Below are positions 49,118 to 59,348 of a DNA stretch of 64,000 nt, piece after piece. The stretch is from positions 1 through 64,000 of IMG/VR virus record IMGVR_UViG_3300025887_000015, one strand, 5' to 3'. Origin of the DNA: an uncultured virus (IMG/VR IMGVR_UViG_3300025887_000015) (taxonomy: Duplodnaviria > Heunggongvirae > Uroviricota > Caudoviricetes). Numbering within the stretch: the stretch's first letter is position 1; each line of letters opens with the position of its first letter. A program made the translations under genes and the position numbers. A model generated the notes under the pieces. It had not been told where the DNA came from and searched no databases. It saw nothing but the letters and a program-made list of their open reading frames with translations.

Positions 49118-50533
49118 ATGAATAAATATAATGATTTAGAAATATGGGTCGATATCGAAGATTATGAAGGGATTTATCAAGTAAGTAACCATGGAAGGGT
49201 TAGAACACTCGATAGAATGGCAAGTAATGGGTATCCAAGATTAATAAAGGGTAAAATACTTAAACCATTTTGTAATTCTGATGGGTATCATAAGCGTTTA
49301 TTAACTAATAGTAATGGTAGAAAAGGTGGTAATATACATAGAATAGTAGCCAAGAATTTTGTAAATAACCCAACCCCTAAAGTTAATAATATTATAAATC
49401 ATAAAGATGGTGATAAAATGAATAATCACCATTCCAATTTAGAATGGTGTACCCATTTACATAATGTTAGACATGCAATACACAATAATTTTAGAGATAG
49501 ATGTCATAGCCAAGTGTTGACTAAATCTGATGTTAGAAAAATTAGACAGATGTATGATGAAACAAATAATAACTATAGTGAAATCGCAAGGTTATATAAT
49601 GTGACCGCCAATACTATTATGGCCGCTATAAAATATATAACTTTTACTAATGTTGATGTAGATATAAAAAATAATTATAAAATTTTTAAATTAAAAGGTG
49701 AAGAACGTAAGAATTGGCTTAATGATAAAATAAAGAATCGTGGAGGTAAATCTAAACCAATTGAGTCTGTTTTAAATGAAGAAGAAGTTTTTGAAATTAC
49801 AAGTGAATATACCAATACTAATATAAAAATTAAACCCTTGGTTAAAAAATATGGGGTGTCAAAAAAAATGTTTATAAAGTATTATAAATCATTAAAAAAA
49901 GTACCCCTTATTAAATTTCCAAATGAAATATTTAAAAAATTTGATAATAAGTATGCAATCTCTAATATGGGTAGAGTCTTTAATTTAAAAATGAAAAGAT
50001 TATCCTTTAACCCACCCAATAAGATAAAAAATAAAAAACTTAAAAATGTAATTGCTGAATTGTTTTTACCAAATCCATCTGGGTTGACTAATGTTAAAAC
50101 AATTGATGGTTCAGATAACTACCAAGTATCTAACCTTAAATGGGGTCATGGTGAATATTTTTATACACCAAAAGATTTAGAATTCCCTTCTGAAGAACAA
50201 ACCCAATTTAATAACCGTATTATTGAACAATGGAAAAATACCAATAAAACACAATCCGATTTACGAAAAGAATTTAATGTAGGTAAAGATTACATCTTAC
50301 TTTTATTAAAGGGTATGAAAAAAAACTTTACTCATTCTCCTACTATGGTTACAAAAGATGAAGCATATCAAATAAGACAAAAGTATATTCATAAAATATC
50401 AAAAGTTAAGGATATTGAGAATGAGTATAACCTTAGTAAGAGTTATGTATACAAAATTCTTAATAGTGAAATATGGCCTGATGAAAAATACCCATCATTA
50501 AGGGTACTTAAGGAAATTCGAAAAAATTTCTAA
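49118..50533 (+). CDS. NUMOD4-HNH homing endonuclease-like protein
   Basis: EIWVDIEDYEGIYQVSNHGRVR (NUMOD4), HRIVA..F, INHKDGDKMNN...NLEWCT...N; degenerate second NUMOD4/HNH and HTH repeats. Confidence 0.85.
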   Translation: MNKYNDLEIWVDIEDYEGIYQVSNHGRVRTLDRMASNGYPRLIKGKILKPFCNSDGYHKRLLTNSNGRKGGNIHRIVAKNFVNNPTPKVNNIINHKDGDKMNNHHSNLEWCTHLHNVRHAIHNNFRDRCHSQVLTKSDVRKIRQMYDETNNNYSEIARLYNVTANTIMAAIKYITFTNVDVDIKNNYKIFKLKGEERKNWLNDKIKNRGGKSKPIESVLNEEEVFEITSEYTNTNIKIKPLVKKYGVSKKMFIKYYKSLKKVPLIKFPNEIFKKFDNKYAISNMGRVFNLKMKRLSFNPPNKIKNKKLKNVIAELFLPNPSGLTNVKTIDGSDNYQVSNLKWGHGEYFYTPKDLEFPSEEQTQFNNRIIEQWKNTNKTQSDLRKEFNVGKDYILLLLKGMKKNFTHSPTMVTKDEAYQIRQKYIHKISKVKDIENEYNLSKSYVYKILNSEIWPDEKYPSLRVLKEIRKNF

Positions 50534-50554
50534 AAAAATTTCTAAAAAAAATTA

Positions 50555-50670
50555 CGAACACAGGTCCGACCCAGCTTCTCAGAGGCGGTACGGGGGGGTA
50601 TATAAGGGGGAATACGGAGGGGGGGTATGTAGGGGGTACCTACGGAGGGGGGTCGCTTAGAACGGCTCCT
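50555..50670. other. G-run island (possible origin/terminus/packaging site; G-quadruplex potential)
   Basis: Five runs of 5-7 G within about 65 bp, built from three TACGG(A/G)GGGGG units, in an AT-rich genome. Confidence 0.6.
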
Positions 50671-50774
50671 ATGAGTTATTGATATATACAAGTTTTATAT
50701 GTTAAAGTTTTAGAAAGTTAATAACAAAAAGCCCATCTTTCGATAGGCTTATTTTAAGGCGTTCTAATGGACTT

Positions 50775-51356
50775 TTAGATGGTTTGGTATGTTACACCAT
50801 TAAGAGTTATCTGAACGATGTTCTTGACGTATAATTTCCTCCAAAAAACCTCTTTATCTGTACCTTGATTAGTTGCTTTATTAGTTGTAGGCAAAACATC
50901 GGGTAAATCTGTTTTTTCAACTCTACTACCATTAAGGAAGAAAAAAGTTGTAGGAAAATTCTGCGTGTTTGGTCTATATTCAATTACAGGTTTATCGTAG
51001 AATGTTCCAAAAAAGTTATTGTTTTCTCCTTTAGTTAAAGGCATAGTATTTACACCTTTTTTATAATCACTTTCAGATTTATTTTCTCTAGTTAATTGGT
51101 TAGTCACATTTTTTTCATATTGTGAATTTAATATGATAGATACTTGACTTAATTTTTGAACTAAACCGTTAAAAGGCTCTTTAGTTTTTCTATCTTTTTT
51201 AGTACATCTAGGCTCTGTTAATTGGATAACAGAAGCAAATGTTGCCATTTGGTTAATGATAACTGTATTAGCTAGTATATCGCTTAATTCAGCAGTTGTA
51301 ACGTGTTTAACATTTGTTTCGGTTAATACATCTAATACTGTTTTTAAATTGCTCAT
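50775..51356 (-). CDS. Hypothetical early protein
   Basis: 193 aa; promoter TTTG-N20-TAAATTTG upstream on the minus strand. Confidence 0.6.
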   Translation of the reverse strand: MSNLKTVLDVLTETNVKHVTTAELSDILANTVIINQMATFASVIQLTEPRCTKKDRKTKEPFNGLVQKLSQVSIILNSQYEKNVTNQLTRENKSESDYKKGVNTMPLTKGENNNFFGTFYDKPVIEYRPNTQNFPTTFFFLNGSRVEKTDLPDVLPTTNKATNQGTDKEVFWRKLYVKNIVQITLNGVTYQTI

Positions 51357-51548
51357 AATGTTGTTGTTTTAATTATTGTTATTTGTTTGATACAAATTTA
51401 AGGTATTTGTATTTTACCACCAAATTTATTCGATGAAATACACAAATATTCGATGAACTACATAAAATGAAAGTTTATTAAAGTTTTATTAGGATATATT
51501 GTTTATATGTTTTATATTTGCATAACAAATAATCTAAACAACAACATT

Positions 51549-51794
51549 ATGAACAATTCACAAGCAGTAACAAATTTCATGTTCTTTGCGAACAACTTTT
51601 TACCAAGTCAATTAAACGCTATGTTTGAAGCTACCACAGCACCAAGTCATTTGCGAGATAAATTCGATAATATTTGTAGAAGTAGAAATCTTAGTGGTAC
51701 ACAAGGTATTTTTGTATGGTTCATGGAGTTGAGCCAAGGTAATAAGGATAGAGTAGTTGAGTATATCAACACCAATTATAATTGGAAAGGATAA
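51549..51794 (+). CDS. Hypothetical early protein
   Basis: ATG after the promoter leader. Confidence 0.55.
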   Translation: MNNSQAVTNFMFFANNFLPSQLNAMFEATTAPSHLRDKFDNICRSRNLSGTQGIFVWFMELSQGNKDRVVEYINTNYNWKG

Positions 51795-51865
51795 AAATAA
51801 TTGCCCTATGATTTGGAAAAGTCATAGGGTTTTCTTATATTTGTAATAATCAAAACAACAACATT

Positions 51866-52636
51866 ATGACATTAGAACAACTACAAAAATTACCAAGCTA
51901 TGCACCACTAAGGCGTAATGGTTTCACAGACGCAAATATCATTCAGTATTATAGTTTATCTATCACAGAGCGAAAAGTATTCTTTAATCGCATTAAAAAT
52001 GGTGGTGGAGAGCAATTAATTCAGACACCAAACGAACCAAAAGTAGAAGGCACACAAATGTGTACTAGTGTTTCAGTTGCATCGGTTAGACGTATGGCAA
52101 TGGAAATGATGGACAAGGATTTTGTTGTAGATGGTCGAGTATTCAACATGAATAAATTAGGTTGGGACTTTTCATTCAATACCAATAGAACTAGATTTGG
52201 GATATGTGGTAAAAGAATAACAAGAAGATGGTCAAACGAATTAGCACGTATGGAATACGTTATGCTTAATAAAAAGATTGAGATATCACAATGGTTAATT
52301 GTTAATAGTGATGCTCCATTTGAGAAGTGGGTTGATACTATGTTACATGAGATTGCTCATGCTATTGATAGTGAGATTAACGTAGATTGTGGGACTAGTC
52401 ATGGTTATAAGTGGGTTCGAATAGCAAAGATGATTGGTTGTAATGGTCAAAGGTGTGGTAGGGCTAAGGTTGATGCTAAAGCAAGTAAATATACTTTAAA
52501 ATGTATATCATGTGGTGTAGAGAAAGCAAGTCATAAGAAGAAGAGAAGAGTTTCAGCATGTGGTTCATGTTGTAATAAATATAATGGTGGTAGATATTCA
52601 TTAGATTATAAATTAGAACAAATACAAAATTATTAA
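51866..52636 (+). CDS. SprT-like zinc metalloprotease
   Basis: LHEIAH, HG..W...A..IG, C-terminal CxxC...CxxC. Confidence 0.8.
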   Translation: MTLEQLQKLPSYAPLRRNGFTDANIIQYYSLSITERKVFFNRIKNGGGEQLIQTPNEPKVEGTQMCTSVSVASVRRMAMEMMDKDFVVDGRVFNMNKLGWDFSFNTNRTRFGICGKRITRRWSNELARMEYVMLNKKIEISQWLIVNSDAPFEKWVDTMLHEIAHAIDSEINVDCGTSHGYKWVRIAKMIGCNGQRCGRAKVDAKASKYTLKCISCGVEKASHKKKRRVSACGSCCNKYNGGRYSLDYKLEQIQNY

Positions 52637-52736
52637 ATAACACAAATGTGTACTGAGATTTGGATAATAGAAATATTATCCTTATCTTTGTACTGTAATC
52701 AAAACAATTATAACAGAAAAAGAAACTATAAACAAC

Positions 52737-53099
52737 ATGAAAGACATTGTAAATTACATACACAAGAATAGTTGGTTTACTTTAGATGGTGACCTAGAAG
52801 ATTTTGATGATGGAGATGAGTTATTATTTACCACTAGAGATAATGGTAACGTTGGTGATGAAACGTTTGGAGAAAAGGATTGGAATGAGGGTGAGCGTTT
52901 GGTTGTAGAGTTAATGAGAGTGTTTGGTGAAGAGATTAACGGTTTTAACCTAGATACATGTGATGAGTGGGTTAATTTAGATGTAGTATTGAAGTGTTGG
53001 AGATGTAAAGGTGAGATGCGAATAGAAGATTATGAGCATGGAGATTTATATTCAGAAGATGGTAAGATGCCATGTCCGACATGTGAGGGTAATGGTTAA
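52737..53099 (+). CDS. Hypothetical protein with zinc finger
   Basis: CWRCKG...CPTCEGNG. Confidence 0.55.
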   Translation: MKDIVNYIHKNSWFTLDGDLEDFDDGDELLFTTRDNGNVGDETFGEKDWNEGERLVVELMRVFGEEINGFNLDTCDEWVNLDVVLKCWRCKGEMRIEDYEHGDLYSEDGKMPCPTCEGNG

Positions 53100-53152
53100 A
53101 ATAAAATGTTAAAGTTTTAGGTTATTAAATAATAAAGTATTATCTTTGAAGT

Positions 53153-53410
53153 ATGGAAACAATAACAGAGATAACATTTTACAAAGACTTTTCAATGAAG
53201 CGACCATTTTCTACTACATATACAGTTGAATTTGTAAATGATAAAGCAAGGGTGGTTAACACATATGGTGGAGTATTTGGCATGAAAAACAAATCAAGAT
53301 TAAATAAGTTAAACCACATTGGTCAGACAAGTAACGGTTATATCTATGCATTAATTGTCGAGGGCAATGAGGTATTTTTTGTAACAAAGTATAAGATTTA
53401 TAACAAATAG
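53153..53410 (+). CDS. Hypothetical early protein (apparently leaderless)
   Basis: TATCTTTG-AAGT-ATG. Confidence 0.55.
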   Translation: METITEITFYKDFSMKRPFSTTYTVEFVNDKARVVNTYGGVFGMKNKSRLNKLNHIGQTSNGYIYALIVEGNEVFFVTKYKIYNK

Positions 53411-53415
53411 AAAGT

Positions 53416-53718
53416 ATGAATTCAATTGAGGTATCAAAGAGAGTAGAGAAAGCAGTTAGAGAAGTTAACAAGGTTAATGATAATAAGAAATTAAGCTACG
53501 ATGAGTTAGCTAAAAAGATTGAGGTTATTGCAACGAAGTATGATTTAACTGTAGATTTCATCAGAAAGGTTAGTGGTGTTGAATTTACTAACATTAATAA
53601 CCTTATCAAATACCATAACAATGGTAGTGAAAAGCAATTCAATGATAACTATAAGAAATTATCCAAGACTGATAAGGCAAGGGTTGACCAAGCCATATCT
53701 GAAATGGAAGTTGTTTAG
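53416..53718 (+). CDS. Hypothetical protein
   Basis: 100 aa; terminator at 53746-53780. Confidence 0.55.
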   Translation: MNSIEVSKRVEKAVREVNKVNDNKKLSYDELAKKIEVIATKYDLTVDFIRKVSGVEFTNINNLIKYHNNGSEKQFNDNYKKLSKTDKARVDQAISEMEVV

Positions 53719-53846
53719 TGTGATTCTGTGTATTGATTATTTGTAAAAGGATGGGCGTTGTTTCCCATCCTTTTTTTTTTATGTTAAAGTATTTGGATAT
53801 TAAATAATAAAGTCTTATATTTGTAGTGTAATCAAAACAACAGACA

Positions 53847-54280
53847 ATGAAAATAGATATTAAACCAACGGTAATAAAAGCTAATGATTATTACAAGCTA
53901 TTCTTGATGCTTATGGAGTAGAATCACTATTTTATTTTGAGTGTGAGAATGGTTGGAAGTATTCAGTTGATTTTACAGCAGATAGATTGAGTGAGTTTTT
54001 ACCTAATCAAACTGTATCAGAGTTTATAAATGGTGGTCAAAAATCCATTGAAAGAAATTATAAGTTCTATAAGAAAGGGGTTGATAGTTTTGGTAAACCA
54101 GATAAGCATGGTTTTAGAAAAGGTAAACACCCAAAATGGAAGTCACCCATATATGATGACAATGGTAAACTTATTCGATTTGACCCTTATCCAATTTATG
54201 GGATAAGGACTTGGGAAGGTGGTATAAATCAATGGAGAGAGCGGTTAGGTAAAATTACCTTTATTGAGATTAAATGTTAA
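53847..54280 (+). pseudogene. Frameshifted early gene
   Basis: The ATG at 53847 reads MKIDIKPTVIKAND, then continues in the -1 frame (LLQAILDAYG...) into ORF 53987..54280. Confidence 0.55.
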
Positions 54281-54340
54281 AGTTCTTGCATATTAAATAA
54301 TAAAGTCTTATATTTGTACTGTAATCAAAACAACAATATT

Positions 54341-54821
54341 ATGATGAATCAAATAGAGTATATTATCGCAATCGAAATCTACAACGTATTTGTAGTAAGT
54401 AATATGAACATTCCAATCTGTTTGAACTAATGAAAGTAGGAGATATAGTATGGTATCAAGCATATAAAGACTGTGAACCAATTCAAGGTAAAATCAAACG
54501 TATTGGAACCCAAGTTGAGTTGGGTGTTGGTTGGAATGAAGATGATGACCGAGTGTTCTATGAGTTAGAGTCATTAGATGATAGACCATATAGACCATTC
54601 GTATTTACAAAGACAACGGGTAGATGGTTAAGCACCACAAAACAAAGCTGGAATAAACCTGAATTATGAAATTAATTGAAACTTACAAAGGTTATAAGAT
54701 TTATGATAACTCTATGAATTATAGAGGGTTTGATATTAGACTTCACCAACGTGATGATAGATATATGGTAGATTTACATAGTGTTGATGCAGCAAAAAAA
54801 ATTGTAGATGATATTACATAA
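54341..54821 (+). CDS. Three coupled small ORFs (54341..54430, 54430..54669, 54666..54821)
   Basis: TAATG/ATGA overlaps behind promoter 54309. Confidence 0.5.
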
Positions 54822-54879
54822 TATTTGATAGTGTCGATTTAATTTCTTATCTTTGTAGTGTAATCAAAATAACAGAATA

Positions 54880-55392
54880 ATGGATATTAGAATAGAAAGT
54901 AAAAAGGAAGAATTAGATTCAATGATTGTGAATGCTATTGAAGAAGTATTTGTAGATGCTCATGGGATTATAAATACTATTTCTGGTGATATTACACCAG
55001 AACAGACAGTCAGATTAGATGCATCAAAGAACGCAATTCTAAAAGTATTATGTGAACAGTTAGAACAGAACTTACCAAAGTTACCACAGACACAAAAAGA
55101 TGTTATGAGTAACTTTGATATTAATACAAGATTTGTTATTGACACTGATAGGTTTGATAAAATAGTTGAAAAAGCTTATGGTGGTTCATATGAAATAGTA
55201 GCCGAACAAGAGATGTCTAACAATTCAGTAATTGATTTTGAAGTTCCTTCGTCAGCCCTGTTTTTTGATGGAGATGTTGAAAGAATTAAAATGGGGAATT
55301 ATAGTCAATATGAAATCCATAAAATAGTTCAATGTTTATATGAGGATGGGTTATTGGTTAAAGGTCGATATCAAATAAAAGCAAATTGGTAA
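54880..55392 (+). CDS. Hypothetical early protein
   Basis: 170 aa, own promoter. Confidence 0.6.
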   Translation: MDIRIESKKEELDSMIVNAIEEVFVDAHGIINTISGDITPEQTVRLDASKNAILKVLCEQLEQNLPKLPQTQKDVMSNFDINTRFVIDTDRFDKIVEKAYGGSYEIVAEQEMSNNSVIDFEVPSSALFFDGDVERIKMGNYSQYEIHKIVQCLYEDGLLVKGRYQIKANW

Positions 55393-55462
55393 GATAAATG
55401 TTAAAGTATTTGGATATTAAATAATAAAGTCTTATCTTTGTAGTGTAATCAAAACAACACTA

Positions 55463-55741
55463 ATGTACGAGTTCAAATACAATTGCGTATCACCTACAAA
55501 CTATGATGAATTAGAAACCATTATAGATGATTTAAACGATGATATATCTTATGATGAGTTTGCTAAACTTATCCCATTTGAAGATGCTAATAATGTTCTA
55601 GGTGGTGTATATATTAATGAACAACAAATGCGTAAGGATTGGGCTATCAGGTTTTATGTTGGTAGCGTGGAGTTTGATGATGAAGTGATTGAATACGCTT
55701 GTATAGTATGGTCAGCAATTGAATTTGTATTTAAACGTTAA
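55463..55741 (+). CDS. Hypothetical early protein
   Basis: 92 aa, own promoter. Confidence 0.6.
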   Translation: MYEFKYNCVSPTNYDELETIIDDLNDDISYDEFAKLIPFEDANNVLGGVYINEQQMRKDWAIRFYVGSVEFDDEVIEYACIVWSAIEFVFKR

Positions 55742-55804
55742 ATAATTTGCACGGTAAATAATATTGTTGTATATTTGCACTGTAATCAAAACAAGACTAA
55801 AACA

Positions 55805-56023
55805 ATGGCACACAAGTATTTCGAGGGGATAGGGTTCTATTTCCACAGCAAAGAAGATTTTAATAAGCTGTTAGACCAAGTTAAAACTATCAGCGAGGAA
55901 GAATATCAAGAGGAAGCCAAAGATGGGTTTCAAGATATGGTAAGGTATTGGAATGGTAAAAGTAAACGAGAATTTGCCAACAAGTTAAAGTCGAATGAGG
56001 AACGAATCAAATACATGAAGTAA
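55805..56023 (+). CDS. Hypothetical early protein
   Basis: ATG 55805 after the leader. Confidence 0.55.
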   Translation: MAHKYFEGIGFYFHSKEDFNKLLDQVKTISEEEYQEEAKDGFQDMVRYWNGKSKREFANKLKSNEERIKYMK

Positions 56024-56191
56024 TGCGTAAATAAATTTAGGTAGACCGCCCGACTACCAACTTCAATAGGGCAATGTTGTGTTTTGATTACTTAAAAGGT
56101 GGGCGTTGTTTCCCACCTTTTTTTATGTTAAATAATTAGGTTTATATATAAAAAAGTCTTATATTTGTACTGTAATCAAAACACAACAACT

Positions 56192-56491
56192 ATGAAATTA
56201 TCAGTATCAACTTCACAACAAGAAACTTTTAACAGCAATAACCGTTATAATGGTACTTACTTACATGGTCAATTAGAAACTGATATGCAGTATGATATAT
56301 TTAGTTTTGACCAAGAAACCAACTTTGAGGTTGGAGTGCACCAAGTTAATGTTAATGGTAAAGATTGTTTCTTTATTCTTTGGCAAGGTGAAATGCTTGT
56401 TGATGAATATAGAGGGTATTTAATATACCAAGATGATGAAACCTTAGCATCTTGTCTTAAAAAATTCCTTAATAAAGATGAATTTATTTAA
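56192..56491 (+). CDS. Hypothetical early protein
   Basis: ATG 56192 after the leader. Confidence 0.55.
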   Translation: MKLSVSTSQQETFNSNNRYNGTYLHGQLETDMQYDIFSFDQETNFEVGVHQVNVNGKDCFFILWQGEMLVDEYRGYLIYQDDETLASCLKKFLNKDEFI

Positions 56492-56561
56492 TATGTTAAA
56501 GTTCTTGCATAGTAAATAAAAAAGTCTTATATTTGTACTGTAATCAAAACAACATAACATT

Positions 56562-57127
56562 ATGACATTCAAAAAAACGGCATTCAATTTAAACTTAACG
56601 GTAATCTTATTCTTTTTAGCCAACGCAATCTTTTTCAAGATGATAGCATTTTATTTAGTAGCGTTTGTATTTCTTATGATATTACCATCTTGTTCAACTA
56701 AAAACTAAGATGATGAAAAAATTAGGGATTAGAAACTTTACAATAATAGTAGACGCTATTAAATCTGAGGGTAGTTACGACCCATCAAAGATATTCTGTT
56801 GGTTTGAAGAGCAACTTTATATTGATGAAGCAGATACAATTTATGAGTTCTTACAATGGATTGTAGATGGAGAAATGGAACTAAGACATGGTAATGAAAT
56901 TCCAAAGAGAGGATTCGGTCATGGTAATTATGAAGAAAGATTTAAACAATTTTTAAAACAAAGATGATATGAAAGATTTCACAGTAGTATTCATTTCAAA
57001 TGCATGGTCAGATGAGGACGACCCATCAGACCACAAAGAATGGAAGACAGTTAGAGCCAAGACTAAACAAGATGCTATAAATACCTTAAGTGGTAAAGCA
57101 TCGGTTATTAGTTGTAGTGAAGATTAA
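56562..57127 (+). CDS. Three small ORFs (56562..56708 membrane peptide, 56710..56967, 56969..57127)
   Basis: Packed ORFs behind promoter 56528. Confidence 0.5.
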
Positions 57128-57195
57128 AGTGTTAAAGTATTAGGTTTATAAATAATAAAGTCTTATATTTGTAATGTAATCAAAACAATAATATT

Positions 57196-57575
57196 ATGGC
57201 AATTAATTTAATAACAGGATATGATTTAGGTGGAACACCAATGCAATACTTAGGTTGGGGAAATTCAATCTCATATGAAAAAGATGTGTACCAAAATGGT
57301 AATGTAATTGAATTATTAGACATAGATAAATAAAAATAATAACGATGGCAATTAAAACAATTAAACTTTGTGGTAAAACATCAGATGCATGTAGTATAGT
57401 GTATTTAGATGAGAATGGTGAATACGTTGGTAAACGTGATGGCTATGTACCAGATTATTTCCCAGAAGAGCATTATGGAGATTATATTGAATTTGAGATT
57501 GATGTTAAGACTGGGCAAATTCTAAATTGGAAAGCACCAACCCAAAAGGAACTTAAAAATTCAATGGATAAATAA
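57196..57575 (+). CDS. Two small ORFs (57196..57333, 57345..57575)
   Basis: Behind promoter 57164; the second contains DGYVP...GDYI...ID..G.I.NW. Confidence 0.5.
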
Positions 57576-57708
57576 AAAAAACCCTGGTAAAGATTTGGTA
57601 GTATCAATTATATTCCTTATCTTTGTATTGTAAGTGAAACATAAAGTAAGTGTTGAAATAATACACCACTAAAAAGAAACATTTACGAGATTAATTAAAA
57701 CCCTACTT

Positions 57709-57960
57709 ATGAGAATAGAAGTAAATGACCCAAACGGTCATAAGATATTAATATTAACATTCCCATTGTTAGGTATTAATATCAGTAAAGGTAGACGTAT
57801 TATAATACGGTCTATTGCAACACAAAATGGTTTCTTAACTGGAACGTCAGTACGTAAAGATGCTAATGGTATTAGTTATATTGAAATACTGATGCGACCT
57901 GAAACCGAAGAAAAAAATGTATCATTCTTAGCTAAAGGATTAGTTAAAGAGTTATTATAA
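57709..57960 (+). CDS. Hypothetical early protein
   Basis: 83 aa. Confidence 0.5.
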   Translation: MRIEVNDPNGHKILILTFPLLGINISKGRRIIIRSIATQNGFLTGTSVRKDANGISYIEILMRPETEEKNVSFLAKGLVKELL

Positions 57961-58104
57961 AAGAATTATTTGTTGATTTGTTTTGTTCTGTTAAATTGGG
58001 GTAAGTACACTGCTAAGTGACTTACCCTTTTTTTATGTTAAATAATTAGGTTTATAAATAATAAAGTCTTATATTTGTATCAGTAATCAAAACAACAAAA
58101 CAAC

Positions 58105-58446
58105 ATGAGACCAAAAGTAATTCACACATTCACAAAAGGACCTTTAAAATCTTTAGCAAATAAGATGAACCTTACCTTTGATAAAAAGTTTGGATATTGT
58201 ATATCTGATGCTTACAATGATGACAAAGGTTATCCAATACCACCTTACATTACAGTAGGGTTTAGAGTATTCGGTTTAAAGTATTTTGACGGTTGTTTCA
58301 ATCCATTCCTAGTTGAATATGATTCTGAGGGGTTTAGCTTTACTAGTAGTTATTCTAGTGATAAACCACAAGCGATATTCACTGCGAACTATACACCAGA
58401 AGCAATGGATAAATTAAGACAAAGATTTCCAAAATTAAATAACTAA
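58105..58446 (+). CDS. Hypothetical early protein
   Basis: 113 aa, own promoter. Confidence 0.6.
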   Translation: MRPKVIHTFTKGPLKSLANKMNLTFDKKFGYCISDAYNDDKGYPIPPYITVGFRVFGLKYFDGCFNPFLVEYDSEGFSFTSSYSSDKPQAIFTANYTPEAMDKLRQRFPKLNN

Positions 58447-58715
58447 TGGCTGGACATTTACCAATACCAACTGATGAAACTCTTGAGGCAATTCTCAAGA
58501 GTTTCTTAAAAAAGCAATACATTTACCTGATGCCATATTTTCAAAGATATGAGCATGGTAATGGTAAAATGTATAGATTACCTGATGAGTACTTTATGAA
58601 TGAAGACCATGGGTTAATCGATGACGAAGTAATTGTCTTGTCTTATATGGATAAGAGTTTTGAATACCATTTGGATAAAGATTTAAAAATAAATCAAATA
58701 TATTTGGTAATGTAA
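58446..58715 (+). CDS. Hypothetical protein
   Basis: 89 aa, coupled. Confidence 0.55.
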   Translation: MAGHLPIPTDETLEAILKSFLKKQYIYLMPYFQRYEHGNGKMYRLPDEYFMNEDHGLIDDEVIVLSYMDKSFEYHLDKDLKINQIYLVM

Positions 58716-58767
58716 TATATTATTCTTACCTTTGAAGTATAATCAAAAAAACAAAAAACAATAAACT

Positions 58768-59073
58768 ATGGATTTAACATTCAACCCAGATGCGAAAGCA
58801 CAAAGAACCAAAGAAGCGTATAATAATGCGTTATCTGAAATCTCAGATAATTTAAAAAACGGAAACAAAATAACACACCTTTATATTGATAAAGAGGTTG
58901 CTGCTGATGTTAGAAGTATGCTCAATGATGAGTTTAAGCGTCAAGGCAAAGAGGATAATTTCAATTGGGGTGTAGTGAGACGTTCACGCAATGAGTTTAG
59001 TCGTCAAATGCAAGATTTCACTGGTGAAACTATTGGTGACCAAAAACATTATAAACTATGTTATAGTAATTAA
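58768..59073 (+). CDS. Hypothetical early protein
   Basis: 101 aa, own promoter. Confidence 0.6.
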   Translation: MDLTFNPDAKAQRTKEAYNNALSEISDNLKNGNKITHLYIDKEVAADVRSMLNDEFKRQGKEDNFNWGVVRRSRNEFSRQMQDFTGETIGDQKHYKLCYSN

Positions 59074-59148
59074 TTGTAAGCGATTAATTATTTAAAAAAA
59101 CCCTATCATTTATTTGGTAGGGTTATTTTTTTTTCTTATCTTTGTTAT

Positions 59149-59204
59149 AACAAAGGGCCTGACCTAACAAGTCGGAAGAGTAGACTCCAACCTACCTTAT
59201 ATTT
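59149..59204 (+). ncRNA. Putative small structured RNA, copy A
   Basis: Promoter 59113/59137, no ORF, GGAAGAGTAGACTCCAACCTACCTTA. Confidence 0.6.
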
Positions 59205-59348
59205 AAGTTTTCATAAAATAAATGTTAAAGTTCTTGGATATTAAAAAGTTTCATTATGTTGTAAATTTACCTGGTTTTATTTGGTTAGTATATAATAAAG
59301 TCTTATATTTGTACTGTAATCAATATTTAATAATCAAAACCAAAACAA

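Noticed and set aside
49118..50533. Group I intron hosting the HNH gene
   Set aside because: No interrupted flanking gene or recognisable P7/catalytic core; the gene has its own promoter and appears free-standing.
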